Shown: positions 39,978-53,497 of the stretch, piece after piece
Numbering within the stretch: the first letter of the stretch is position 1
Layout: every line of letters begins with the position of its first letter
DNA from: the human T2T-CHM13v2.0 reference genome, Homo sapiens
Direction: 5' to 3' (one strand)
DNA length: 64,000 bases
NCBI RefSeq assembly: GCF_009914755.1
Contig: NC_060940.1
Notes under the pieces: model-generated
Told to the model about the DNA's origin: nothing
Database searches by the model: none
The model's input: only the letters and a program-made list of their open reading frames with translations
Made by a program: the position numbers and the translations under genes

Positions 39978-41054
39978 TGTCTTAGCCCATTCAGGCTGCT
40001 GTAACAAAATGCCATAAACTGGGTGGGTTATAAACAATAGATATTATCTCTTAGAGCTCTGGAGACTGGGAATGCAAGATCAAGTCACCAACAAATTTGG
40101 TGTCTGGTGAGGCTTCATAGATGGCTGTCTTCTTGATGGGGCCTCACATGGAGAATGGGACTCTTCTGGAGAACCCTACTGGAGTTGCTTTTTAAAGGGC
40201 ACTAATATCACTAATCATCAAGGAAATGCAAATTAAAACCACAATGAGATATTACCTTACTCCTGCAAAAATTGTCATTGTTAAAAAAATCAGAAAACAA
40301 TAGATTTTGGCATGGTTGTGGGAACACTTTTACACTGCTGGTGGGAATGTAAATTAGTACAGCTGCTATGGAAAACAGTATAGAGATTCCTTCAAGAACT
40401 AAAAGTAGAACTACCATTCGATCCAGCAATCCCACTACTGCGTATCTACCCAAATAAAAAGAAGTCATTATATGAAAAAGACATATGCACATGCGTGTTT
40501 ATAGCACAATTTGCAATTGCAAAGATATGGAACCAACCAAAGTGCCCATCAACCAATGAGTGGATACAGAAAATGTGGTATATATACACCATGGGATGCT
40601 ATTAAGCCATAAAAAGCTGTGAAATCATGTCTTTCGTGGCAACTTGGAAGGAGCTGGAGGCCATTATTCTAAGTGAAGTAACTCAGAAATGGAAAACCAA
40701 ATAGCGTATGTTCTCACTTCTAAGTGGGAGCTAAGCTATGAAGGCACAAAGGCAAAGAATGATATAATGGACTTTGGGGACTAGAGGGCAAAGTTGGCAG
40801 GGGGTAAGGGTTAAAAGACCACACTGTTCAGGTGATGGATGCACTAAAATTTCAGAAATCACCACTAAAGAACTTATCCATGTAGCCAACAACCACCTGT
40901 ACCCCCAAAACTACTAAAATAAAAAAATTAAAAGGGCACTAACACCATTCATGAGGACCCCATGCTCACGATATAATCATCTCCAAATATTGCATTGGGG
41001 GTTAGGATTTCAACATATGAATCTGGGGGACACACAAACATTCAGTCTTTAGCA
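39978..41054. mobile_element. MLT1-type MaLR LTR with a nested L1 3' fragment (40206-40930)
   Basis: tgtcttag...tttagca with 5-bp TSD catac; inner L1 flanked by TSD aaagggcactaa. Confidence 0.75.
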
Positions 41055-44036
41055 CATACGTTAAAAAAGATCTCAAGCCGAAAACCTTACACTTTAGGGA
41101 ACCAGAATAAGAAGAGCAAACTAAACCCAAGCATAGCAGAAGCAGGAAATAAAGATTAGAGTTCATATAAATAAAATGGCAAATAGAAAAACAACAAAGA
41201 AAACTTAATCAAAAGTTATTTCTTTTGAAGAGATGACAAGTCTTCAGCTAGATTGATTAATAAAAAAGTGAAAATTTAAATTACTAACATTTTACAGAAA
41301 TGAAAAGAATTATAAGAGAATACTATGAACAATTGTATGCTAAAAGGTTTGATTACCTAGATAAAATGGAAAAACTACTGGAAACACACAATCTACCAAA
41401 AACAGGAGTCACAAAGAAATAGAACTCTGAATAGATCTGTAACTCATAAGGAGGTAAAATTAGTTATCAACACCTTCCAAAAGAGAAAAGGCCTAGGCCA
41501 GATGGCTTCACTGATGAGTTCTGACAAATATTTAAAGAAGAATTAAGACCAATCCTTTTCCAACTCTTTTTACAAAATTAAAGAAAAGGAAAAATTTTAT
41601 AAGTCAATCTATGAGGCCAGCATTACCCTGACACCAAAGCCAGACAAACACTGCAAGAGAAGAAAACTACAGACCAATAACTCTTATGAATATTGATGCA
41701 AAAATCTCAGCAAAACACTAGCAAACCAAATCCAGAAACACTTTAAAAGAATTATACATCATGACCAAGTGGGATTTATTCCTGTTTCAACATACAAAAG
41801 TCAACAAATATAATAAACCACATTAATAGGATGAAAAGAAAATAACCACAAGGTTTTCTCTCAGTTGAGGCAGAGAAAGCACTTGACAAAACTCAATACC
41901 CTTTCATGGTAAAAACACTAAATAAACTAGGAAACTTCCTCAACATGATGAGGCCACATATAAAAAACCAACAGCTAATATTATTCTCAATGGTGAAAGT
42001 TGGAAAGATTTTCTCCTAAGACCAAAAACACAAGGATGCCTGCTTTCACCACTTCTATTCTACATAGTCCCGGAAGCTCTAGCCAAATCAATCAGGCAAG
42101 AAAGAAAAATAAGAGGCATCTGAATTGGAAAGATGAAGTAAAATTATCTCTGCATGCAGATGGCATGACCATATATAGAAAACCCGAAGAATTTTACACA
42201 CTCAAAAAAAATGTTAAAGCTAATACATAAATTCAGTAAACTTGTAAAAAACAGAATCCATACACACACAAAAACTCAATTGCACTTCTGTGCACTAAAA
42301 ATTAAAAATCCAAAGAGGAAATTAAGAAAGCAATTCTATTTACAATAGCATCAAAAAGAATACAAGACAGTAGTACTCATAATAAATTTAATCAGGGAGG
42401 CAAAAGACTTGTACACTGAAAACTACAAAACGTTACTACAGAAATTAAAGAAGAGATAAGTAAATGAAAAGACATATGATACTCATTTATTGGAGACTTA
42501 ATATTAAGATGACAATACTGCCCAAAGCTATCTACAGATGCAACACAATTCCTGTCAAAATCCCAATGGTTTTTTGTTGTTGTTGCAGAACTAGAAATAC
42601 CTATCCTAAAATGCATATAGAATCTCAAAGGACCCCAAACTGCCAAAACAATCTTTAAAAAGGTGAATAAAGGCCAGGCGCGGTAGCTCACATCCATAAT
42701 CCCAGCACTTTGGGAAGCCTAAGGCAGGTGGATCGCTGGAGGCCAGGAGTTCAAAACAAACCTGGGCAATATGGAGAAACCCTGTCTCTACTAAAAATAC
42801 AAAAATTAGCCAGTCTTGCAATCTGGCCTCAAAAATAAAAGGAAATAAAAATTTTTGAAAAAGGAGAATAAAGTTGGAAAACTCACACTTCCTGACCTCA
42901 AAACTTACTACAAAACTACAGTAATAGAAACAGTGTGGTATTGGCATAAAGACAGACAGATCATTGCAATAGAATAGAGAGTCCTGGAAGAAACTCTCCC
43001 ATATATTGTCAATTGATTTAAGTATAGGTGCCAAAACCATTCCATGGAGAAAGGTCAGTCGTCAACAAATAGTGCTGGGAAACTTCAATGCCCAATTGCA
43101 AAATAATGAAGTTACCTTACAACACATACAAAAGTTAACTCAAAATGGATCAAAAATATTCTGGTGGGTATATAAAATGGTGCAGCCATTGTGAAAGTGG
43201 TTTGGTAATTTATTTCAAAAAGTTCAACATAGAATTACCATGGAACCCAGCAATTCCACATCTAGGTCTATACTCCCAAGAAATGGAAGCAGGAACTTGA
43301 ACAGATACTTAAACAACAGTGGTCATAGAAGCAACATTCTCAATAAGCAAAATGTGGAAATAACCAAAATGTCCATTAAGAGACAACTGAGTACACAAAA
43401 TGTGTTGTATACATACAGTGGAATTTTATTCAGACTTACAGAGGAATGACATTTTGTTACATGCTAAGACATAGATGAACCTTGAAAACGTTATGCTAAG
43501 TGAAATAAGCCAAACGCAAAAGGGCAAATGTTGTATATTTTCACTTATATGAGGAACCTAAAATAGGCAAATTCATAGATTTTAAAAAGCAGATTAGAGA
43601 TTATCATGTGCTGGAGACTGGGGCAGTGAGATGTTGCTTATTAGTAGAATTTCTGTTTGGGATGGTAAACATTTTCTGAAGATGGGTAATCGTGATGGCT
43701 GTACAACATTGTTACTTTATTTGATACTACTGAATTGTACACTCAAAAATGGTGAAAAGAGTAATTTTATGTTACATTTTATATAAATAAAATATAAAGT
43801 AAAAAATAAAGTATCTGTTCAAGTTCCTGCTGCCACTTCTTGGTAGTAAGTAGCCTTAGAAGTAGAATTGCTGGGTCTCATGGTAATTCTGTAATTCTTT
43901 TACATAAATAAGGAGGGAAAAAAACCCAAAGAAGTCCCAATGGAGGAATACTGACATTTCATGGATACGTAGGTGTGGGTATATGTTAGGAGTTCTTTGG
44001 AAAATAAAATATGTCATGCTCAATCAAAAAAAAATT

Positions 44037-44854
<818 letters not shown>

Positions 44855-45654
44855 TAATTTTCTTTTATCCAATCTTTAAGTTGTGTTGCTGAGAATTAAT
44901 GCTAAGTAAGGCCTGTATGTTCCCCTTTGGTCAAAAGTATCACAAAGGAACCATCGCTCCCTTGAAACCACAGTGTGAGGATGGCAGTGACACCAGGACA
45001 GCCGCCAATGAAAGTGTCTTTAGAGAAAGGAGATGAAGTCTGAAATCAATTTCAGGGTCTGGTCATCCTTCCATGGCCAATATTGGGAGCTAAGATTTTC
45101 CTCTTTGTGGCCATTCCTATCCTGGGAGGGCCATTGCTTATTTGATCAGGAGTTTCAGCAGGTTTCCTTGTAATCCATCTCAGTTTTCTATAATCTCTGG
45201 TTTTTACTTTTTTTTAATCCTAAACCTACCATTTATTTGATGTGCAGAAGATGTGCAGGGCTTTTAATCTGCAGCTTTTCTCTCTGTAAAATGGGATAAT
45301 AGAGTTCCCTGGAGGCTCAGCGAGGATAAGTGATTTGTTTACACTCTGTTGTTGGTAAGTGAGATGGTATTATTTGAATCCAGTCAAAGCCTATATTCTT
45401 GACTACAGTAGATCATTGAAACCCAAGTCTGATGGTTCTGAAGCCAGTCTTCATTCTACCCCAACATCCCAAAAGTTCCAGGTGGGTTCAGACAGGAAAG
45501 GATGGGAGAATGCACGGTGAGCTTCGAGTTGAATGAAAACTCATTCATTTCATTGAGTTAGAGCAAATAAAAGAGGACTTGAAGAAGCCTCAGGATGCAG
45601 AGCTCCCTGTTGGGATCCTTGGGGCCAGGATGGGGGCAGATGGGGGGTCATTAC

Positions 45655-45756
45655 CTCATAGCACATGAAGAGGCTCACAGGCCTGACAGGTTTGATTCTG
45701 ATGCCAATGTTTCCTTCTGTGTTAGGTGGCAGGATGCTGCCCTTGTCATCAATGAC
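45655..45756 (-). CDS. ACSM1: ACSM1 exon 10
   Basis: [34 protein letters not shown], 102 nt, AG/GT. Confidence 0.95.
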
Positions 45757-46286
45757 CTGTAGCAAGAGGCCTGTGAATCATACACTGCAGGAGGCCGCAG
45801 CCCTTCTGCCCCACCCAAGCACTGTCTGGTTTATGCATGGGACACCAGTGTGGATGAAATAACAGAGGAAACATCAGAAAATGGAATAAAACTGTCAAAA
45901 GCCTTTAAAATACGCAAATGTGAAACTCAAGCCAAGGGTCTATGTTTCATGAGTTAGTAGATGTCACCAATGTGTCTTCAAGTTGGAAAACAGTGATCAA
46001 AAAAAATGAAAAGCACCACTTGCTAGAGAGGGCTCCCAGTGCAGCCTCTAGGTATTCTTTCCTACCTACTGTGTGTGATGCCCTGGCTGCCAGGGTCAGC
46101 GGTGTTCATGCTCACAATAATGCAGTTTTCAACTGAGGCCTCCATATGAAACTGAAGGGATAAATGAGAAGAGAGGAGGAAGGATGACTGGAGCAGGGAA
46201 GTGCGGCTGGTGTTGTCACCTGGTGTCAAATTGTCCAACCCCCGCTGAGCCCTAACTGCTCCCTGCCAATGCCCTTAGGACCAGAC

Positions 46287-46367
46287 CTGGACGTCGTAGG
46301 GTGGAGTGGCCTTCCCCATGAAACCCGGCTTGATCTTCATTCCCCAGTAGGTGGCACAAATTAGTCC
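46287..46367 (-). CDS. ACSM1: ACSM1 exon 9
   Basis: [27 protein letters not shown], 81 nt, AG/GT. Confidence 0.93.
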
Positions 46368-46800
46368 CTGTTCACAAAAGAAAGAAGATTTGGGTTGATC
46401 AGAGAGGCCAGGCTGATCACAAAGCAGTCAGAATCATACACAGCATCCTCTGCTCAGAGATGTAGTATTCCTCTCAATGGATGCTGCCCAAAGAGCCCTC
46501 GTAGGGAAGCTGGAAGGCCTTAGTCTAGGCTCAAGGTGTTGACCCAACTCTATTCCACAGTCATTTTCTGCAGCCAGTGTGGTCTGGCTCTGTACTAAGT
46601 GGAGTCTACAGAATCCAATGGGGAAACAAAGAAAGAAGAAACAGGGTATTCCCCTGGCTGTGGGCATATAATGTGGGGTGTGGCATGCCCACCATTGAAC
46701 AGGCATGTGTCAGTTTGCTAGGGGAAGACCACTAGTCTATCTAACAAACATTTACTTGGGGCTGTTGAGCAGTGATAGGGATTCTGCCACAACTTCTTGA

Positions 46801-46900
46801 CTGATCCTGATGCCAACTTTTCCCCCTGTGTTGGGTGGCAGAATGTTGCCTTTGTCATCAGTGATCCGTAGGAAGAGGCCTGTGAATCTCACCCTGCAGG
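46801..46900 (-). pseudogene. Partial duplicate of ACSM1 exon 10 with its acceptor region (pseudo-exon)
   Basis: ITDDKGNILPPNTGGKVGIRI; upstream gattcacaggcctctt shared with the true exon; acceptor cag replaced by cgg. Confidence 0.85.
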
Positions 46901-48730
46901 ATGCCCCAGTGTGTGTGGAGGTTGTCTGGATTGCTTGTGCTGTTCTCTCTGTTAGCACTGCCCTATCTTCATCTTTCTTCCTGATGAACTTGATTCCTCC
47001 TTTATTGTTCTCACAAATATATTTATTTCTGTAGCTGCGTGCTTTACATTCAGACCAATGAGGGTTTGACCCTTGACTCCACCACACACTAAATGCATGC
47101 CAATGAATCCCTCTTGATCTCCTCCATCAAAGGGTAATAATGATAACACTTACCTCCCAGAGTGCTTGTAAGCATATGGAAAATTCTGCATAATACAAGG
47201 CACACACCACGTGTTCAATGAATGATGACTACTGGCTATTACTCAAGCTACAAGAGAAGTCAAGGGAAAGATTCTCTTTCTGCAGCATTTCTCCTATACT
47301 TCCATTGCAGCCCACAGGGCATTATAATTATTTTTGTTTGTCTGTTTCCTTCAGTAGATAATGAGCATCCCAAGAATAGAGACTGCCCTATTTATCCCTG
47401 AGCTTCCAAAATCTGGAACAATAGCCACCAAAAATAGCAAGGACCACAGCAGCTGCAAGGTGAGCATATACAACAGGCGGGACACCAGCCAGAGCATTAT
47501 ATACTTCTTTTTATTTACCTTATCACAATCTGTTAAGATTGGCATTATAATTTCCATTTAAAGGTGGGGGAGCTGAGGTGAGAAAGCATACATAATATCC
47601 TTATGGTCTTCAAGCTGTAATTGGCAGAGCTGAGACTTGGACCCAGGTCTGTGCTCCTGGGATAGGAAGATCTTTGCCCACTGCCACATCACTGCTCACA
47701 CTGTAGGCATGTGAAAAACGTTGCACACATGAGTGAACAGATGTGAAAGTGTTTTCAGAAATTAAGCACCACCTAGTGCTGCAAATATTGGAGTCGTGGG
47801 TGGAGTGTGTCTTCCTGGCCCACCCTCCTCCTTGTCCAAATATGACCTGTGAGCCATTCAAACATAGGCCCGAAGTGTCAGCATTTTTCAGGTCTGGAAG
47901 CAGACAAATTAACTGAATTGCTATATATTTTTTACAAAATAATGTCAGCTGAGTATGTGAGTTGGCACTAAAGTAATAATTTTGCACAGGGCCTGGGATA
48001 GCAGTCATCCTTTATGTGCTAGAGGGATAATGGAGACAGAGGGAGAAAGTGGCTCTGTCCAGCATTGGAAATGGATTGCAAATATGTTGGAAGAGATGCT
48101 CACCCACACTGTAATTGATGAGGTCCTTGAACTTCCAGACATGCATAGTACTCCAAATGCCCCACTCACCTGGCAGCTCAGTGATACTCTGGAATGACAC
48201 TGTTTGTGTGTACATGTGTTTGGCATATACAGAAAGTCCCTGCTCCTCACCCACCCTGCTAGTATCCCACAGTCAAACCTGCGAGTTGTCCTCCTAAACC
48301 CCAAGCAATGCACTTTTTGAGCCAGCTTCCTCCTGCCTCTGCAGCCCTAGGGAGGGTTAGTGGAGTTGACAGGACTTCCTGGAGGAGGTGGTCTCCATGT
48401 TGCTGGAGAGAGTCTCCTATCCCACCCACCCTCTGGGGATCCTCTGAGCTGATGATAACAGGGACAGTGTGAAAACGCCCTTAGACCCCTTTTTAAGGTT
48501 TTGTCCAAGAGTTTTAAGCACATTAGTCCCTTGGTAAGATGACGAGTTGTACATTTTCTTTCTGCAGATAGATTTGGGACAAATTAGCCTAGAACTCTAG
48601 AGCCTCTGGTTGGCATCAAACAATGCTGTGCATGCGATGGGGCTGTGTCCCGCACATGTGGCATAATTCAGCACATCTGCTGGGCTCAATCGCTGAGCAC
48701 ATCATGACTATCCAGAAGGGACCTTTCCAC

Positions 48731-49368
48731 TATGAAAGGAAAACAAACCCCAAAATCACTAAGCCAAAGGGAAAACTCAAGTTGGGAACTGCATCAGTCA
48801 AACCTGCCTCTCATTTTATTCCTAAACAAGAGCTAAAAAGATAAAAAACAAAACAAAACTACATGCCTCCGCCACAATTTTCCCACTAAGAAATTCCTTG
48901 TGGGCCCCAAGATCGTTACTGTCAAACAGTTCTGCTAAATTTCACCCTGACATTTATAGCTCATCTTCACACGTATAGGACAAAGAACAGAACTCAAAAA
49001 TCATCTCTCTGCTCACCTGAGACAAATATGTACCTAGTTGCTTTCTCTGACTTACGTTTATCTTATGTAAAAATGCAGATTCACTGATCTAGATGAATGC
49101 ACAAGTGACTCTTCCTCTACCCTTCTCTCACATGTAAACAGCTGATCAAAGACTCACAAGAAGGCAACAATTTGCCTCGTAACTACCCCACCTTTAGAAA
49201 ATTTCTTCCTTTTTCCCCAATATCTGCCTTTTCTCCTTTAAATATTGAAGCCCTCAAAATCATCTTTGGGGAAAGGCACAAACCTGTTTCCCAGATGCGT
49301 GTCATTAACCTTAGCAAAATAATCTTTTAAATTAATTGAGACCTGTCTCAGACACTTTCTGGTTTGCA
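48731..49368 (+). mobile_element. Solo ERV1 LTR, MER4 group
   Basis: Starts tatgaaaggaaaa...ccccaaaatcactaagccaaaggg and ends ggtttgca; 4-bp TSD ccac on both sides. Confidence 0.75.
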
Positions 49369-49376
49369 CCACCTAC

Positions 49377-49500
49377 CGTTTCCGACTGCCCATAGTTCTC
49401 GTAGAGCAGAAGGCCCGTCCGTCTTTTCCACTCCTCCTGATCCTTGGGCAACACGACCTCCCCGCCAGTATAGCAGTGCTCCAGGGCAGGGAACCTGATG
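49377..49500 (-). CDS. ACSM1: ACSM1 exon 8 (upstream exons lie beyond the window)
   Basis: [41 protein letters not shown], 124 nt, aag|...|gtaggt. Confidence 0.95.
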
Positions 49501-51504
49501 CTTAGAGGAAGACAAGGTGCCAGGCATTGGTGAGCCACCCTGGCTCTGTGCATTCAGAGCTCTTAAGTCTGTCACCCAGATCATTCATCCTTCTAGTTCC
49601 TCACTTTCTTATTTACTTTTTGGTCATTTTACAGTTGGCCATGGCCAAGTGGATGTCACTCACTTCCTGCCAGTCCCTGCGAACTATTCTGGCAGACGGT
49701 GGATGGGTGGTGGTGAGGCTATTGTGTTCAATTGGGAATGTTTGGATTAAATTTGGATATCAGTGTAACAAGAGGGAGAACTGTGTGTTTATCAGAACTC
49801 CTCTTGGGGAAGCATTCTGTATAGCTAAGAAGGACATTTTTATAATCATAATGGGGTAAAGGATGAGATCTTAAGGACATGCTAGGGTGATAATAGAACT
49901 ATACATTCTTTTATGGAGCTTACACTACGCTAACTAAAGGGCTTTTGTATTTCTGAATGGGGAATGCATGTTAGGGATTGGAAGTGAATTGCTCAGGACA
50001 TCAGAGCAGATTAAGCTGAGTAGGGAAAGAGAGAGGGAGAAGCATTACAGGGTACAGCCCTGACAGAAGGAATTTCAGAGAAAACAGAAAAGGCTGATGT
50101 GAACAGGAAAAAATAAAATATTTTACCCCAAAATATATTTCTTTGACATATTTTGAAATGGCTGCCATTTGGCTAGCTAATAGAGGTGGCCTTGCAAAGC
50201 CATCTTTTATGGGGGGAAGTGTACATCTATAGAGAATATCTATTAATGCAGCCATGCCCTGCCCTCTTTTTGTAGGGAAAAAGCTGAGTGTTGGGAAGAA
50301 AGCTGAGGCAGGGCTTGCACGTCTGGTGTAATGTCCTCTGGAATGTGTCTAGACTTGCTGGCTCCTTGCTTCTAGCCTTCCTAGGCTCCTAGATTGATTG
50401 TATTCCCATTATCTAAAGTAGCAGAACATGCTCCTTATAAATGCTATACCATCACAGGTGTTCATCATGCACCTGATCTTTTGACCTCCTCATTCTCACC
50501 ACCTGTTTCTTTGTTGGATTACCAATAAATAGCATGGGCTCCCAGGGCTCGGGGCCTTCACAGCCTCCACAGTCTTGATGGCCCCCTGGTCCCACTTTAC
50601 TTCTCAAACTGTCTTTTTCTCAATCCTTTGGCTCTGCCAGACTTCATTGCCCCCACAACCTGGTGTTGGGCCTGATCAGCCCAACATTCCTGGGTGCCCA
50701 ATGTGGGGTGATGAAGACCCTGGTGAAGGAACTCTAGATCATGTGAAAGCAGAGGACACATCATCAAGGGACACCCAAGAACGTGTAAAAGAAGCTCGGT
50801 GGGAAAGTGGAGTGCTCGGAAGAATCAGGGTAACAATGGGACAAAGTGAAAGCAGACATTCTGCTTATTTAAATATCCTAAGACATGTATTACGAAGAGT
50901 GGGAGTGAAAGTTAGTACTCAGAATTTGTTATCACTCTTTAGTGCAGTGAAGCACTTTTGCCCATGGTTTCTGGAACAAGGGACTATGGAGTTGGATGAA
51001 TGGGAGAGAAATTGACAGAGATTTTTAAAAAGTATATAAAGATGGAGCAAAAATTAAAGTCTTGGTTTGGTCAACGTGGGCACTAATAAAAGCAACTCTT
51101 GAGCCATTTTAAACAGATGATGAGGCAGATTTAGATGAGGAAGAGGAGGACAAGTGTAAAAAACTAACCTCAGATTTTGAATGTGAGGAACAGGAAAGGG
51201 AGGAAATTAAAGAAAAGAAAGGGAAACTGAAAAAAGCATGTTTTACTAACCCATCAGCCCCACGTGCTGAATTAAGTGAAGAGCCACATCCTCTCTCTCC
51301 TCTTAATGGGTGAGAAGATGAATTAGCTACAAAACTTACTGCTCCTGTAGTTGCAACTTTAAAACCTGGAGCAATTGGTGGTGGTATACAAAATTCTATT
51401 CAGAAGGCTAGAGCCAAGGGAGACCTTGAAGCATGGCAATTTCCCATAACTATAATCCAGCAGGGAGGACAGAATATAGCTAATTGGACCACATTTCCTT
51501 TTAA

Positions 51505-53453
51505 GATGCTCTCCTCCCCAATTTCTACCCAGCTTATCCCCCGTGCAATACAATCTCCAAGCCTTGACTCCTTGGCCAGGGCCTTAGAACTGATAACCCA
51601 GTACTTTAACAACTGGAACTGGGTCTATGACAACGTAATAGATCAAGATGAAAATGAATTGAGTAAGTTAAAGGGAGGCACATATTCCTATAGTGGCAAA
51701 TGGGGGCAACAAGTAAAAATCCTTCCACTGTGTTTCCAAAATCCACCTACAAAGGAGAAAGAAAGAGATATACAAGTAGTTAAAGAAAAAGCAGTGTGCC
51801 CTATTCCTTTAAAACCAGGGTAAATTTAAAACCTATAATTGATAATTGAAGGTATTCTCCATGACCCTATAACACTCAATACTGCCTTGTTGTCAGTGTA
51901 AACAAGGGCGTAATCTGAAAGCACTTCACTTTGAGAGTTCTGCTCATGGCCCCAGGGTCAACCAACTTGTTGTCAAACCCTGGAGCTAATGGCTTTCCTC
52001 TCTGTTGACCCTTGGCTCAGCCCAGAAGTACAGGAAAAGTGGAAGCTGGTTCCAGGCAAACCAATGTTCCCAACTCTGAAGAGTTGGGGGTTGTTAGAGA
52101 GCCCTTTTCCAGAAAGCCTGACACCCATGTCTTTAGTCTGGCAGCCGCCCTAGTTGCTTTTAACTCGCTGGCAGGTGCCTGGTATTTAGCCCCGAATTCT
52201 AAGGAAAAATAGGAAGGAATAGCAAGTGAAATGGGTCCGATGGTGCTCACCACTTGGCGATAGGTGATAGTCCCTTTGTGGTTGCCAAACTGTGTCTGGA
52301 ATTTATTCCTTCCAGTGGGTTCTTGGTCTCGCTGACTTCAAGAATGAAGCCGTGGACCCTTGCAGTGGGTGTTACAGCTCTTAAAAGTGGTGTGTCCAGA
52401 GTTTGTTCCTCCCAGTGGGTTCATGGTCTCACTGACTTCAGGAATGAAGCTGCAGACCCTCGTGGTGAGTGTTACAGCTCATAAAGGTAGTGCAGACCCA
52501 AAGAGTGAGCAGCTGTAAGATTTATTGTGAAGAGTGAAAGCCCAAAGCTTCCACAGCAGGGAAGGGGACCCAAGCAGGTTGCCACTGCTGGCTCTGGTGG
52601 CCAGCTTTTATTCCCTTATTTGGCCCTGCCCACATGCTGCTGATTGCTCCATTTTACAGAGTGCTGATTGGTGCATTTACAATCCTTTAGCTAGACAGAA
52701 AGTGCTGATTGGTGCATTTTTACAGAGTGCTGACTGGTGCATTTACAATCCTTTATCTAGACACAGAGCGCTGATTGGTGTGTTTTTACAAAGTGCTGAT
52801 TGGTGAATTTACAGTCCTTTATCTAGACACAGAGCACTGATTGGTGCATTTTTACAGAGTGCTGATTGGTGCTTTGACAATCTTTTAGCTAGACACAGAG
52901 TGCTGATTGGTGTTTTTTTACAGAGTGCTGATTGGTGCATTTACAGTCCTTTAGCTAGACCCAGAGCACTAATTGGTGCATTTACAATCCTTTAGCTAGA
53001 CACAAAAGTTCTCCAAGTCCCCACCTGACCCAGAAGCCCAGTTGGCTTCAACTCTCAAGACCACTGACAGCCAGCAGCCTTTCTATCAAAAATCCTAACC
53101 AAGTAACCCACAGATGGCCCAAATGCATTCAATCTGTAGCAGCAACTGCTTCGCTAGCAGAAGAAAGTAGAAAAATAACTTAGAAGAAACCTAATTGTGA
53201 GCACACCTCACCAGTTCAGAGCTACCCTAAGGAAGAGAAAAGCAAAAGCGTAGCTTACTAACTTAAAAATCTTAAAGTATGGGGCCATTCTGTGAGGAAA
53301 AGGTGATTTAACATTAACCACTGAAAATTCCCTTAACCCAGCAGATTTCTTAACAAGGGATTTAAATCTTAATTACATACAGAGGACCGACAAGACCTAG
53401 GAGGAACTCCATTCAAGACAGGACAATAGATGGCTCCTCCCATGTGATTGAGG

Positions 53454-53497
<44 letters not shown>

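Larger units (their letters stand above)
38200..43810 (+). mobile_element. Old L1M element with decayed ORF2, interrupted by Alus and an MLT1
   Basis: Remnants of EN and RT (HADGM for FADDM; KMTILPKAIYRCNTIPVKIP) and an L1M-type 3' end. Confidence 0.85.

Noticed and set aside
47400-47510. Minus-strand EVYNALAGVPPVV, vaguely like exon 12 [12 protein letters not shown]
   Set aside because: The similarity is too short, and the YRIGP and DPIRGE motifs and splice sites are missing.
52640-53000. Regular ~40-bp repeats resembling a CRISPR array
   Set aside because: These are the known U3 tandem repeats of LTR12, and there are no unique spacers.
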